From Bacillota bacterium (lineage in GTDB: Bacteria; Bacillota; Clostridia; Christensenellales; SZUA-584), in the NCBI GenBank assembly GCA_023391105.1, contig JAEWBO010000033.1, positions 2,471 to 66,470 on the forward strand: 64,000 nt of DNA, written 5' to 3'. Positions 20,301-29,335 of the stretch are shown here, in pieces. Under the pieces are notes generated by a model that did no database searches, was not told the origin of the DNA, and saw nothing but the letters and a program-made list of their open reading frames with translations. The stretch's first letter is position 1. Each line of letters starts with the position of its first letter. Both the position numbers and the translations under genes were made by a program.

Positions 20301-20342
20301 ATGATACCGTGTAGGTATAAATACGTTTTTAAGGAGCCCCAT

Positions 20343-21446
20343 ATGAGGATTGTTTGTAACAAAAGCGAGCTGCAGAAGAACGTGAATATCGCTGCGAAAG
20401 CTGTCGCACTAAAATCGCCCGTTTATCTTCTCGAAGGAATAAGGATAGAGGCTAAAGATAATCAGATAACGTTGTACGGAAGTGATGGCACGCTCTCTAT
20501 CAAATGCACAATTGAAGCAAATGTTGTTGAAGAAGGGGATGTGGTGCTTCCCGCAAAGCTGTTTTGTGAGCTTCTTGCTAAATTTGAGGAATGTGATATC
20601 AGCTTGTATAAGGATGGCAGCAATATCGTGCTTGAATGCGGACATTCGAAAACAACACTTTGTTATATGAGCGCCGAACAATATCCGGCTTTCCCAAAAT
20701 TCGATGTAGTGGACGGCATAACGCTCTATTCCAAACAGTTTGTCAGTATGATCGACCAAACCGTATTTGCCACGTCTGCCAGCGAAGAAAAACCAATACT
20801 AACAGGCTTATTAATGGAGCTTAGCAGCAACGGCTTTAAAATGGTTGCGTTGGATGGCTACAGGCTTGCTGTTCGCAAAGAAAGCTTAATGTCGCAGCAT
20901 GAAGACAAAGAGGTGGTTGTGCCCTCTAAATCGATGAGAGAGGTTGCACGCATCATTCCTGAAGATGAAACCACAATCAAAGTGTTTACGAAGGAAAATT
21001 TGGTCGGTATTGTCTGTGAAAATATTGAGATCGTGTCTCGCGTGCTGCAGGGTGACTATGTAAAATATAAAAATATACTGCCTTCAGATTTTATGACGCG
21101 TGTGATTGTCAGCAGACAGAGCCTATTCGGCAGCCTGGAGCGTGCAAGCATCATGGCCCGCCAGTCCAAAACAAATCTGGTCAATTTCGATATTGATGGC
21201 AGCAACCTGACGATTACGTCAGATTCAGAGGTCGGTAAAGCAAGAGAAGAAGTGGATATTCGCCTCACAGGAAAAAACTTAAGCATATCTTTTAACGCAC
21301 GGTATTTGCTTGATGTGCTAAAAGAGGTTGCTGATGAAGAAATCGTGATGGATTTTAATACAAATATAAGCCCGTGTGTGATACATCCAATATCGGGAGA
21401 TAGCTATTTGTATCTAGTGCTTCCGGTAAAAACAAGCAACAGTTAA
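20343..21446 (+). CDS. dnaN: DNA polymerase III beta sliding clamp
   Basis: 367 aa starting MRIVCNKSELQKNVN with beta-clamp three-domain length. ATG follows AAGGAG. Immediately downstream of dnaA. Confidence 0.95.
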   Translation: MRIVCNKSELQKNVNIAAKAVALKSPVYLLEGIRIEAKDNQITLYGSDGTLSIKCTIEANVVEEGDVVLPAKLFCELLAKFEECDISLYKDGSNIVLECGHSKTTLCYMSAEQYPAFPKFDVVDGITLYSKQFVSMIDQTVFATSASEEKPILTGLLMELSSNGFKMVALDGYRLAVRKESLMSQHEDKEVVVPSKSMREVARIIPEDETTIKVFTKENLVGIVCENIEIVSRVLQGDYVKYKNILPSDFMTRVIVSRQSLFGSLERASIMARQSKTNLVNFDIDGSNLTITSDSEVGKAREEVDIRLTGKNLSISFNARYLLDVLKEVADEEIVMDFNTNISPCVIHPISGDSYLYLVLPVKTSNS

Positions 21447-22156
21447 TGAATACGTCTTTTTAGAAATGTTTTTTTGAGCCAGCTATATGCACGCTCCTCA
21501 ATAAGGGGAGCGTATTTTGTTGCGAGAATAAAAAGTGCAATGGCGGCAACGCCCATAATGATCCATCCCCACATGGGAATAGATATAAGACCGGATCCCA
21601 CAAGGGCAGAAAAGAGAAGGCCCCATGGTCTTGTCAGTATCACGATCAGCGCGAAAGAAGGCAAATTGAGTGCGCTAAGACCCGCAACCAAGCATAATAT
21701 ATCATCCGGAAAAAACGGAAAAACAAACATCATGATAAGTAAAACGCGCTGTCGTGAAGACATGGTTTCCATATATTTTTCAATGACTTGCTTGCCTGCA
21801 ATACGCTCTACAAGCGGACGGCCAAACTTTTTTCCAAGAAGAAACGCAGCGAGAGAACCAAGAAAAACTGCGGAAAAAGACAATAAAAAACCATAAAAAA
21901 AGCCAAAAAGCACACCACCGGCCAATGTGGTGACGCCCCCCGGAACAGGTGATATAATCACCTGTATAAACTGCAGGGCAAAAAAAGCTAGCGGTGCCCA
22001 GGCACCAAAAGAAGCCACATAGGCCTGAAAGTTTTCTTTATGTTCAAATAGCTTGAACCAGCCGTTGTTTTTACCGATATAATAGAGAATGACCACAGCG
22101 GCGAGTATTGCACAGAGCACGATGATCCATACAATATTTTTTTTCGTCAATTTCAT
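21443..22156 (-). CDS. TVP38/TMEM64 (DedA-related) family membrane protein
   Basis: Polytopic membrane protein with an ISPVPGGVTTLAGGVLFG motif. Its stop overlaps the dnaN stop (shared TTAA). Confidence 0.7.
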   Translation of the reverse strand: MKLTKKNIVWIIVLCAILAAVVILYYIGKNNGWFKLFEHKENFQAYVASFGAWAPLAFFALQFIQVIISPVPGGVTTLAGGVLFGFFYGFLLSFSAVFLGSLAAFLLGKKFGRPLVERIAGKQVIEKYMETMSSRQRVLLIMMFVFPFFPDDILCLVAGLSALNLPSFALIVILTRPWGLLFSALVGSGLISIPMWGWIIMGVAAIALFILATKYAPLIEERAYSWLKKTFLKRRIH

Positions 22157-22244
22157 GCAGACAGTATACCATATTTAACAAGAAAACTATTAAATAATTT
22201 GTAACAAATCAATATTTCACCTATGAAACTGCAATAAAAACATT

Positions 22245-22955
22245 TTATGTACGTGCCGGGAGCAGATACGAGGCGTTATCCTTAATGTAATTCATCACAG
22301 TTTCAAATATGAGCTTGTGACCCGCTTCATTGGGGTGAATGCCATCCGAGCAAATGTAATCAAAAAACTCTTTACATTTTAAAAAGGCGCGCCTAATATC
22401 AATGCAATTGACATTTCTTATTTTTGCGATGTATTGAATACAGTTTGAATAGCGCTCCTGCCACCAGTATATGCGCCAGACATCCTTGAGCCATTTTAGT
22501 ATTTTCAATCCCTTTTCCGTGTCATAATTTGTAAACCACTTAAAATAGCTATCCGCATAGAGAGGCGGAAGTGTGGTAAGTATCGCTGTCTTTCCGTTTT
22601 GCTGTATATAGTCAATCATATCATTGATGCTTTGTTCAAATGTGTCCAGCGGTGTTTTGGGTATATGATCCTTTGCGGGATTCTCCGCGATATGATCCCA
22701 TAGAAAATCACAGTCGTTACCGCCAAACTCAATCACAACAATGTCCGGATCGTATTTGTGCATTTTAGATTCCAATACTTTTTGTCCCTGCGTGACAGTG
22801 GAACCAAAACGAGATGCGTTAATCATCTGCGCATCCACAGATTTTACCAGAAGATTGAAGAAACAATCTTTAAGAAGTGTATATTTTTTTTTCTCTTCAT
22901 CCAGTACCACGCCTTTTGAAAGAGAGTCTCCCAACACAAGTATTTTTTTCTCCAT
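22245..22955 (-). CDS. SGNH/GDSL-family hydrolase
   Basis: Block I GDSLSKG, block III GGND, block V DGIHPN. Confidence 0.8.
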   Translation of the reverse strand: MEKKILVLGDSLSKGVVLDEEKKKYTLLKDCFFNLLVKSVDAQMINASRFGSTVTQGQKVLESKMHKYDPDIVVIEFGGNDCDFLWDHIAENPAKDHIPKTPLDTFEQSINDMIDYIQQNGKTAILTTLPPLYADSYFKWFTNYDTEKGLKILKWLKDVWRIYWWQERYSNCIQYIAKIRNVNCIDIRRAFLKCKEFFDYICSDGIHPNEAGHKLIFETVMNYIKDNASYLLPART

Positions 22956-23159
22956 ACGTCTATCCTTCCATCGTTCGATGCATGATATTTGATTATATAT
23001 CCTAATCTATATCATAAATGGCTTTTGACTTCAACAATCACAGTGTGAACTTTTTAATAATCATTATATCGAATATGGCTTATTAATTTCCCATAGCGTG
23101 CTCTTTCCATTCATGATGTTTTGCTTTATAATAAATCTAACGACACAGGGGGTAACAAT

Positions 23160-23930
23160 ATGTCAAAAATTATCGCCATCGCCAACCAAAAAGGCGGCGT
23201 TGGCAAGACGACGACAGCTGTCAATTTGAGTGCCTGTCTTGCGGAAACAGGAAAAAAAGTATTGCTTATCGACATAGATCCGCAGGGCAATTCGACAAGC
23301 GGTCTCGGAATTGAGAAAAGCACTCTCAAAGCATCGTCCTATGACGTACTGATCAACAATATAGACGCACAAAGCGCCATAGTGGGTACGATGATCGATA
23401 CGCTTGACGTTTTACCTGCCAATATTGATTTGGTGGGTGCTGAGGTTGAATTGGTATCCCGTATGGCGCGTGAGCAAATTTTAAAAAATGCACTCAAAAA
23501 TATAAAAGAGAAATATGATTTTATTTTTATGGATTGCCCGCCCTCTCTTGGCCTTATCACAATAAACGCGCTGACGGCAGCTGACAAAATACTTGTTCCC
23601 ATTCAATGTGAGTATTATGCTCTTGAAGGTTTGTCTCAGCTTATTAATACAATTAAGCTGGTTAAGGCGAATCTCAATCCAAATATTGAGGTGGAAGGCG
23701 TTGTTCTGACCATGTTTGACGGGAGAACAAATCTGTCAATACAGGTCGTTGAGGAAGTTAAAAAATATTTTAAAAATAAGGTTTACAGAACCATCATTCC
23801 CCGAAACGTAAGACTCGGTGAAGCGCCAAGCTTTGGGCTTCCGGTTATCCGCTATGATGCGACTTGTCTTGGTTCGCAGTGCTACACCGAACTTGCCAAT
23901 GAGGTTATCGAGAATGGAGACGAAGAATAA
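23160..23930 (+). CDS. parA: Chromosome partitioning ATPase ParA/Soj
   Basis: Deviant Walker [14 protein letters not shown] 23160 follows GGGGG. Its stop overlaps the parB start. Confidence 0.93.
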   Translation: MSKIIAIANQKGGVGKTTTAVNLSACLAETGKKVLLIDIDPQGNSTSGLGIEKSTLKASSYDVLINNIDAQSAIVGTMIDTLDVLPANIDLVGAEVELVSRMAREQILKNALKNIKEKYDFIFMDCPPSLGLITINALTAADKILVPIQCEYYALEGLSQLINTIKLVKANLNPNIEVEGVVLTMFDGRTNLSIQVVEEVKKYFKNKVYRTIIPRNVRLGEAPSFGLPVIRYDATCLGSQCYTELANEVIENGDEE

Positions 23931-24787
23931 TGAAGCAGCAACAGCGTTTGGGAAAAGGTTTGGGCGCACTAATTGGTGATGTGCCTGCACAGAAGGAAGA
24001 ACACAGCGACGGAATAAAATCAGTTAATGTTAACGATATCGATCCGAATGCGAGCCAGCCGAGAAAGCATTTTGACAACGAAAAGCTGGAAGAGCTTTCG
24101 CAGTCTATCAGCACATATGGCATTGTTCAACCTATTATCGTTCAGAAAAATGGATTGCGCTACACAATCATCGCGGGTGAGAGGCGATACCGTGCTGCGC
24201 GTCTTGCAGGATTAAAGGATGTACCCGTCGTTATCAAGGAATACTCAGAAGCAGAGCTCATGGAGGTCTCACTTGTTGAGAACCTTCAGCGTGAGGACCT
24301 TAATCCTATAGAAGAAGCACAGGCGATGCGCATGCTTATGGATGAATACAAACTGACACAGGATGAACTATCGACGCGGCTCGGAAAATCAAGAAGCGCT
24401 GTGGCCAATACTTTAAGACTGCTCTCTTTGCCGGAGTCCGTGCGCAGCATGGTGATTGCGGGAGACCTGTCATCTGGCCATGCGCGATGCCTTGTGGCAC
24501 TTGATCGGGATGAAGATAAACAAAGACTTGCAATGAAGATCGTCTCGCAGGGGCTTTCGGTTCGTGCTGCGGAAGAGCTTATAAAAGCGCTGAACAAGCA
24601 AAAGCCGCAGGAAAGAAAAAAAGAAGACACAGAATCAGAAATAAAGGAAGCCGAGAAATCTTTAACTGCGGCGCTTGGCACACGCGTTCTCATATCAGGC
24701 GATATGAAGCGCGGAAAGATCATATTACAATATTATAATCAGGACCAATTAAACTCCCTGTATGATTTTTTAATGACAAACAAATAG
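23930..24787 (+). CDS. parB: Chromosome partitioning protein ParB/Spo0J
   Basis: ParB box GERRYRAA, an HTH region, and adjacency to parA and parS. Confidence 0.93.
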   Translation: MKQQQRLGKGLGALIGDVPAQKEEHSDGIKSVNVNDIDPNASQPRKHFDNEKLEELSQSISTYGIVQPIIVQKNGLRYTIIAGERRYRAARLAGLKDVPVVIKEYSEAELMEVSLVENLQREDLNPIEEAQAMRMLMDEYKLTQDELSTRLGKSRSAVANTLRLLSLPESVRSMVIAGDLSSGHARCLVALDRDEDKQRLAMKIVSQGLSVRAAEELIKALNKQKPQERKKEDTESEIKEAEKSLTAALGTRVLISGDMKRGKIILQYYNQDQLNSLYDFLMTNK

Positions 24788-24800
24788 CAAAAAAGAGAAT

Positions 24801-24830
24801 CAAGCCTGCCGTGATTGGCGGGCTTTTTTG
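24801..24830 (+). terminator. Intrinsic terminator after parB
   Basis: AAGCCTGCC / GGCGGGCTT stem (one mismatch) followed by TTTTTT. Confidence 0.65.
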
Positions 24831-24854
24831 CTGCATTGATTTTTACGCTTCCAT

Positions 24855-24870
24855 TGTTTCACGTGAAACA
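24855..24870. promoter_or_regulatory. parS site 1 (perfect palindrome TGTTTCACGTGAAACA)
   Basis: Exact fit to the Firmicute parS consensus TGTTNCACGTGAAACA. Confidence 0.9.
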
Positions 24871-24902
24871 ATGAAGGGAAAGCGCTGAATCGTATCAGAA
24901 AA

Positions 24903-24918
24903 AGTTTCACGTGAAACA
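24903..24918. promoter_or_regulatory. parS site 2 (aGTTTCACGTGAAACA)
   Basis: 15 of 16 match to parS, centred 48 bp from site 1. Confidence 0.85.
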
Positions 24919-24949
24919 TTTCCCGAGAAATGGTAGTACGAATTAAAAA

Positions 24950-24965
24950 AGTTTCACGTGAAACA
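24950..24965. promoter_or_regulatory. parS site 3 (aGTTTCACGTGAAACA)
   Basis: 15 of 16 match to parS, centred 47 bp from site 2. Shares the flank AAAAAGTTTCACGTGAAACAT with site 2. Confidence 0.85.
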
Positions 24966-24991
24966 TAATTAGAAAATAAAGAAGGCGCCAT

Positions 24992-25699
24992 CTAGATGAC
25001 GCCGCGGATCAAATGAATAAAGAAGTTGTTTTCCGAAAAAAATGTGGCCAGACTCGAACTATTGAAATAGTCTGTAATTTGATTCAAGGGCAGAACCAGA
25101 AAAACAATAGGAACGATCAACATAATCAAAAAGCAGAACAACATGCCCCTTAGTGCGCCAAACAAAGCACCTGAAGTGCGGTCGTATTGACGCAGCTCGG
25201 GAAATTCAACAGTATAATCAATGGCACCCAGCACAAAAGCAAATATCACACGCGCAATGAAAAACACTGCCAGGAAAGAGATAATATTGAGTGCGACCGA
25301 AACGATTGTCATGTTGTAGTATTGACCAATCGTAGAGAGACCGCTTGACGCAAAAGCTTTCGCTTCAACATTTTGCCGGATCAGCGATGTGAACGGCTCG
25401 GATATAGATGAGTGTGTAATGATATCATTGAGCTGTGCCGAAGAGAGATTGTTCACAAGCAGCTGCGAGCTTTCAAAAGATGCGACTTTCTCCGCACCTT
25501 CTGTATAATATATCATATAAGAAAACAATGATTCGTTTGCTTTGACGGCTGTTGATACCACGGGATAGAAAAGATATGAGGTAATAATTGAGAGAAAAAA
25601 GGCACCAAGATTCATAGCGGATCTTAAAAAGCCGCGGTGGATACCTTCTAATACCATTATCAGCATGATCAATATCAAGATCAAGTTAACCCAGTTCAT
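24992..25699 (-). CDS. cvpA: CvpA-family membrane protein
   Basis: N-terminus MNWVNLILILIMLIMVLEGIHRGFLRS is typical of CvpA. Four to five TM helices. Confidence 0.6.
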   Translation of the reverse strand: MNWVNLILILIMLIMVLEGIHRGFLRSAMNLGAFFLSIITSYLFYPVVSTAVKANESLFSYMIYYTEGAEKVASFESSQLLVNNLSSAQLNDIITHSSISEPFTSLIRQNVEAKAFASSGLSTIGQYYNMTIVSVALNIISFLAVFFIARVIFAFVLGAIDYTVEFPELRQYDRTSGALFGALRGMLFCFLIMLIVPIVFLVLPLNQITDYFNSSSLATFFSENNFFIHLIRGVI

Positions 25700-25720
25700 C
25701 GTTTACCTCCATGAACGGTA

Positions 25721-26827
25721 TTAAGGCAGCGGCATTAAAGAAATCAATTCACCGTGCTTTAATAAAACATTATCGTCAACCGTTCTTTCTACGCTGTCAA
25801 TTGCATATGGCAGATCGTACGTTCTCAGGTATTTACCTTCACCAGTATAAACGAAAAGCTTTTCGTTTGCAAAGCAATATATCTTTTCGCCCTCGTGCAA
25901 AATCTTAAATACGCCAGGTGGAAGGTTGATTTTTATTTCGCTGCCGGACGTGCGAATCACGCGCGCGATATCATATGTACCTGCGCTGCCTGACGGCACA
26001 TAGATAAATTTTGGATCATCTGTTTGATATACGTCTTCTAGCATCCACCCGTAGGTCATAATCTCTTTAACATCTGAATTCAGCGATCCATAGATTGTGA
26101 GGTATGTCGTACCTATGGCGTAAATCTTATTATCAATCCAATATACGTCGCTGACCAGCTGATCTTTAAGCTCTTTAATCATCGTGATCGCTTGCGTATC
26201 GGGCTTGTATGTGGAGATACGGGATATGGGAACACTGCCGGACACATCAAGCTCCAAAACATAAAGGGAATCGCTCAATTCGTCAAAGCCGTAATCCATC
26301 ACATATCGGTCGGTGACATCCAGTAAAAACAGCTGTTCTCCGGACAAGCTAAAAACGATGATATAGGATGGGGTTTTATCGGCAAGATGCTGCTGAATAT
26401 ACACAGCCGCCATATCTTTTCCGACACGAGCGGATTCAATATCTCCATCAAGCTGAGTGGAAAACTGATGCTGACCTTGTGTATCGATCACCTGTATGAC
26501 GCCTTGACCCGTTGCGGCAATAATTTCGTCGTTGACGACGAAACGAAGCCCGCCGGAAAACAAACGCAGCTTCCATACGGTATTCAGCGACGGGCTGATG
26601 CATGTTAAAAGCTCCTGATCAGTGTAAATAATATTTGTACCGACGGTATAGTGACTGGAAGCAGAACCGAAAGGCATGTCCACAATGGTATCTTCTAAAT
26701 CCTTGTCTGCCGTCAATATAACGATAAGCCCCGTGATGAGCACGATGGTGACCAGCACGATTGAGCCGAAGAAGAAGATGGTTTTGCGCGACAGGCGCTT
26801 CTTTTTTGTTTTCGTGTTTGTGTACAC
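25721..26827 (-). CDS. Hypothetical membrane-anchored protein (Lys-rich N-terminus, one TM, repeat-rich extracytoplasmic domain)
   Basis: GTG at 26827 lies 6 nt after AGAGAGG (the track ORF starts at 26869). No catalytic motif recognised. Confidence 0.55.
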   Translation of the reverse strand: MYTNTKTKKKRLSRKTIFFFGSIVLVTIVLITGLIVILTADKDLEDTIVDMPFGSASSHYTVGTNIIYTDQELLTCISPSLNTVWKLRLFSGGLRFVVNDEIIAATGQGVIQVIDTQGQHQFSTQLDGDIESARVGKDMAAVYIQQHLADKTPSYIIVFSLSGEQLFLLDVTDRYVMDYGFDELSDSLYVLELDVSGSVPISRISTYKPDTQAITMIKELKDQLVSDVYWIDNKIYAIGTTYLTIYGSLNSDVKEIMTYGWMLEDVYQTDDPKFIYVPSGSAGTYDIARVIRTSGSEIKINLPPGVFKILHEGEKIYCFANEKLFVYTGEGKYLRTYDLPYAIDSVERTVDDNVLLKHGELISLMPLP

Positions 26828-26880
26828 AAGACACCTCTCTTGCACGATGATAACGACATTATAACACAAGCAGGGGAAAA

Positions 26881-26903
26881 GAAAAACGGCCTCATTTGGG
26901 CCG
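26881..26903 (-). terminator. Weak intrinsic terminator after the lipid kinase gene
   Basis: Minus strand reads CGGCCCAAATGAGGCCG followed by TTTTTCTTTT. The stem is short. Confidence 0.45.
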
Positions 26904-26932
26904 AATAAAACTGCATTATCGATACGATCGTA

Positions 26933-27811
26933 TTAAAACTCGGGACAGAACACGCGAAGTGCGGCGGGCTTTATGCGTAAATGCGCGGGTGTTTGTCCAA
27001 TAATATCGCCGTCGAGTTCGAAGCTCATAGGTGTCTCGCTGCTGATGTGGATGTCACTGCATGTAAACTGCTCCGCAACAGAAATTTTTTCAATCTGCCC
27101 TTTTTTAAGCTTGGGAAGCTCAATCAGTATACGCCAGTTCGAAACGTTATTGACTATCAGCACATCAAAAAGACCATCTAATACGCTGGAAGCGGGCGCC
27201 ACTTTAAGCCCGCCGCCAAAGCATTTGCCGTTTGCGATGGCAACCAGCAGCACTTTTCTGTGAATTTTCTCACCGTTAGCCGTAATTTCTATGTTGATTC
27301 CTTTGTGTTTAAAAAGTGATAAGATAATGCCGGCATAATAGGCAGCTCCGCCTGTAAAAAGTCGGCGCACCTTTTCGGTATTGCGGAGCACCTCCACATC
27401 AAACCCGGTACCCGCGACATTAAGGAATGGCCTGTCTTCGTCCAGAAATCCGATGTCGATCTTTTTGCTGTGTCCGGCGAGTATCACATTCAGTGCTTCT
27501 ATGGGATCTTTGGATACATGAACGGCTTCACGAAAATCATTGCCCGTTCCGGCAGGGATAATGCCGAGTGTTTCCTCGGTGCCGTGTAATTCGCCGGCGA
27601 TCTCGAGCAGTGTCCCATCTCCGCCCACAGAAATAATACCTTTATAAGCTTTTCCGACAGCTGCCCGTGCCAGTTCAACAGCATGCTGAGGATACTGTGT
27701 TTCCACGACTTCAAATGCGACGTCTTCTTGTATGAGATGCTGCTCCACAGCCTGCATGACCTTTAAGGATCGGCCCGCGCCTGCAGTTGGATTGAAAATG
27801 ATATAATACAT
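26933..27811 (-). CDS. Diacylglycerol-kinase-family lipid kinase (YegS/DagK type)
   Basis: IFNPTAGAG N-terminus and GGDGT motif (VGGDGTLLE). Confidence 0.85.
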   Translation of the reverse strand: MYYIIFNPTAGAGRSLKVMQAVEQHLIQEDVAFEVVETQYPQHAVELARAAVGKAYKGIISVGGDGTLLEIAGELHGTEETLGIIPAGTGNDFREAVHVSKDPIEALNVILAGHSKKIDIGFLDEDRPFLNVAGTGFDVEVLRNTEKVRRLFTGGAAYYAGIILSLFKHKGINIEITANGEKIHRKVLLVAIANGKCFGGGLKVAPASSVLDGLFDVLIVNNVSNWRILIELPKLKKGQIEKISVAEQFTCSDIHISSETPMSFELDGDIIGQTPAHLRIKPAALRVFCPEF

Positions 27812-27977
27812 GTGCGCTCCAAAAGTTTGATACTTTATTCTACTAAAATCGACAGTGTTTGTACAGAAAAAACATGTTGGTGACTTTGCTACTGTTCATA
27901 TAAAATATACTGACTATAATAAAAAGACATAAAGAAAGATACGCCTTTGGGCATACTTGAAAAGAAGGAGGATCGCA

Positions 27978-28652
27978 ATGTCTTTGGCTGGCATCGGCAG
28001 CGCGTTTTTGGTCGGGCTTACGGCGTTTTTCTCGCCGTGTATTTTGCCTGTGATACCTGTATTTATATCCACACTGATAGGCGGCATAGGAGCACATCAA
28101 AAAATTGTGAAGATTGGCAGTCTGCAGATACACACGCAGCCGATATGGCGCGTGACAGCGTTTGCTTTGGGTGTGGCAGTCACGTTTTCTATACTTGGGA
28201 TTGCGTTTGGTGCGCTGGGGCAGCTCATAAATTCGGTCTGGTACATGCTCGTTTGCTCAATCGTCGTGATTCTTTTCGGTATCTACCAAACGGGTATTGT
28301 CTCAATTCCGTTTTTAATGCGGGAGAAGCGCTTTGCGCTCAAAGAGCGGAACGGCATTTTTGGCGCCTTTCTGCTGGGGTTTACATACAGCTTTGGCTGG
28401 ACACCGTGCGTGGGGCTTTCGCTGGGCAGTGTGCTGCTTTATGTCACGCCGCAGGGCATACTCGTGGCGGCGCTGACACTGCTAGTGTACTCCCTTGGAT
28501 TTGTGATTCCATTCTTTGTGGTGGCTGTGTTCTCCGATGTGCTTCTTAAAAGGATCAGCGGTCTGTATAGACACATGAAGCTGATCAAGACCATCGGCGG
28601 CTTGATTATTGTGGTAATGGGCATCTATCTGCTCATTGATACGCTGACTTAG
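27978..28652 (+). CDS. ccdA: Cytochrome c biogenesis/thiol-disulfide electron transfer membrane protein CcdA (DsbD family)
   Basis: Conserved Cys motifs FFSPCILPVIP and GWTPCVG. ATG 27978 follows AAGGAGGA. Confidence 0.85.
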   Translation: MSLAGIGSAFLVGLTAFFSPCILPVIPVFISTLIGGIGAHQKIVKIGSLQIHTQPIWRVTAFALGVAVTFSILGIAFGALGQLINSVWYMLVCSIVVILFGIYQTGIVSIPFLMREKRFALKERNGIFGAFLLGFTYSFGWTPCVGLSLGSVLLYVTPQGILVAALTLLVYSLGFVIPFFVVAVFSDVLLKRISGLYRHMKLIKTIGGLIIVVMGIYLLIDTLT

Positions 28653-28670
28653 CGAAAGGAGAGATAAATT

Positions 28671-29276
28671 ATGAAACGAATAATCTTTATGATGTTGTCA
28701 ATACTGCTTGCGGTATCGCTTGCCGCTTGCGGCTCCAATACAGATTCCAGAGAACCCGGGACAACGGCGGGTTCTGTGACTTCTCAGCCTGCGGAATTAG
28801 CAGAACCCGAAGCAACGGGCACGGATGCTGAGGCGGTGCACAGCGAAGAGATTGTCTATGAGTTTGAATTCACCGATATCGACGGCAATGTGCATAAACT
28901 TTCGGATTACCGCGGCAAGCCGGTATTCTTGCGCGTTTGGGCATCGTGGTGCGGTGTTTGCACATCGTCGCTCGAGGAATTCGATAAACTGGCGGGCGAA
29001 GCGGAGGAATTTGTGATTTTGAGCGTCGTGATGCCGTCAATGAGCGGAGAGCTTAGCGCCGAAGAATTCACGGAATGGTATAAAGCTTTCGGATACGAAA
29101 ATCTCGTTGTGATGTTTGACAACGAAGCGCAGATTATCAGAGACTTCGGTATCAACGCGTTTCCGAGCCAGATCATGTTCGACGCTGAAGGGCATGTTGT
29201 CTATGGCATGGTGGGAGCGATGTCCGCAGAGCTCATCACGGAAACGATGCTCAAGATTGCGAACGAATCTGCCTGA
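28671..29276 (+). CDS. Thioredoxin-fold lipoprotein, TlpA/ResA-like thiol-disulfide oxidoreductase
   Basis: Lipobox LAAC and WASWCGVC (CxxC) active site. Confidence 0.85.
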   Translation: MKRIIFMMLSILLAVSLAACGSNTDSREPGTTAGSVTSQPAELAEPEATGTDAEAVHSEEIVYEFEFTDIDGNVHKLSDYRGKPVFLRVWASWCGVCTSSLEEFDKLAGEAEEFVILSVVMPSMSGELSAEEFTEWYKAFGYENLVVMFDNEAQIIRDFGINAFPSQIMFDAEGHVVYGMVGAMSAELITETMLKIANESA

Positions 29277-29335
29277 CATTGAGATAACTGCGCCAGGATG
29301 CTATAATGGCCTAAAAGAGTAAAAGGAAGGCAGTC

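Noticed and set aside
24800-24991. 63-aa minus-strand ORF
   Set aside because: It spans the three parS palindromes and the parB terminator. It has no RBS, and the region is explained by the parS sites.
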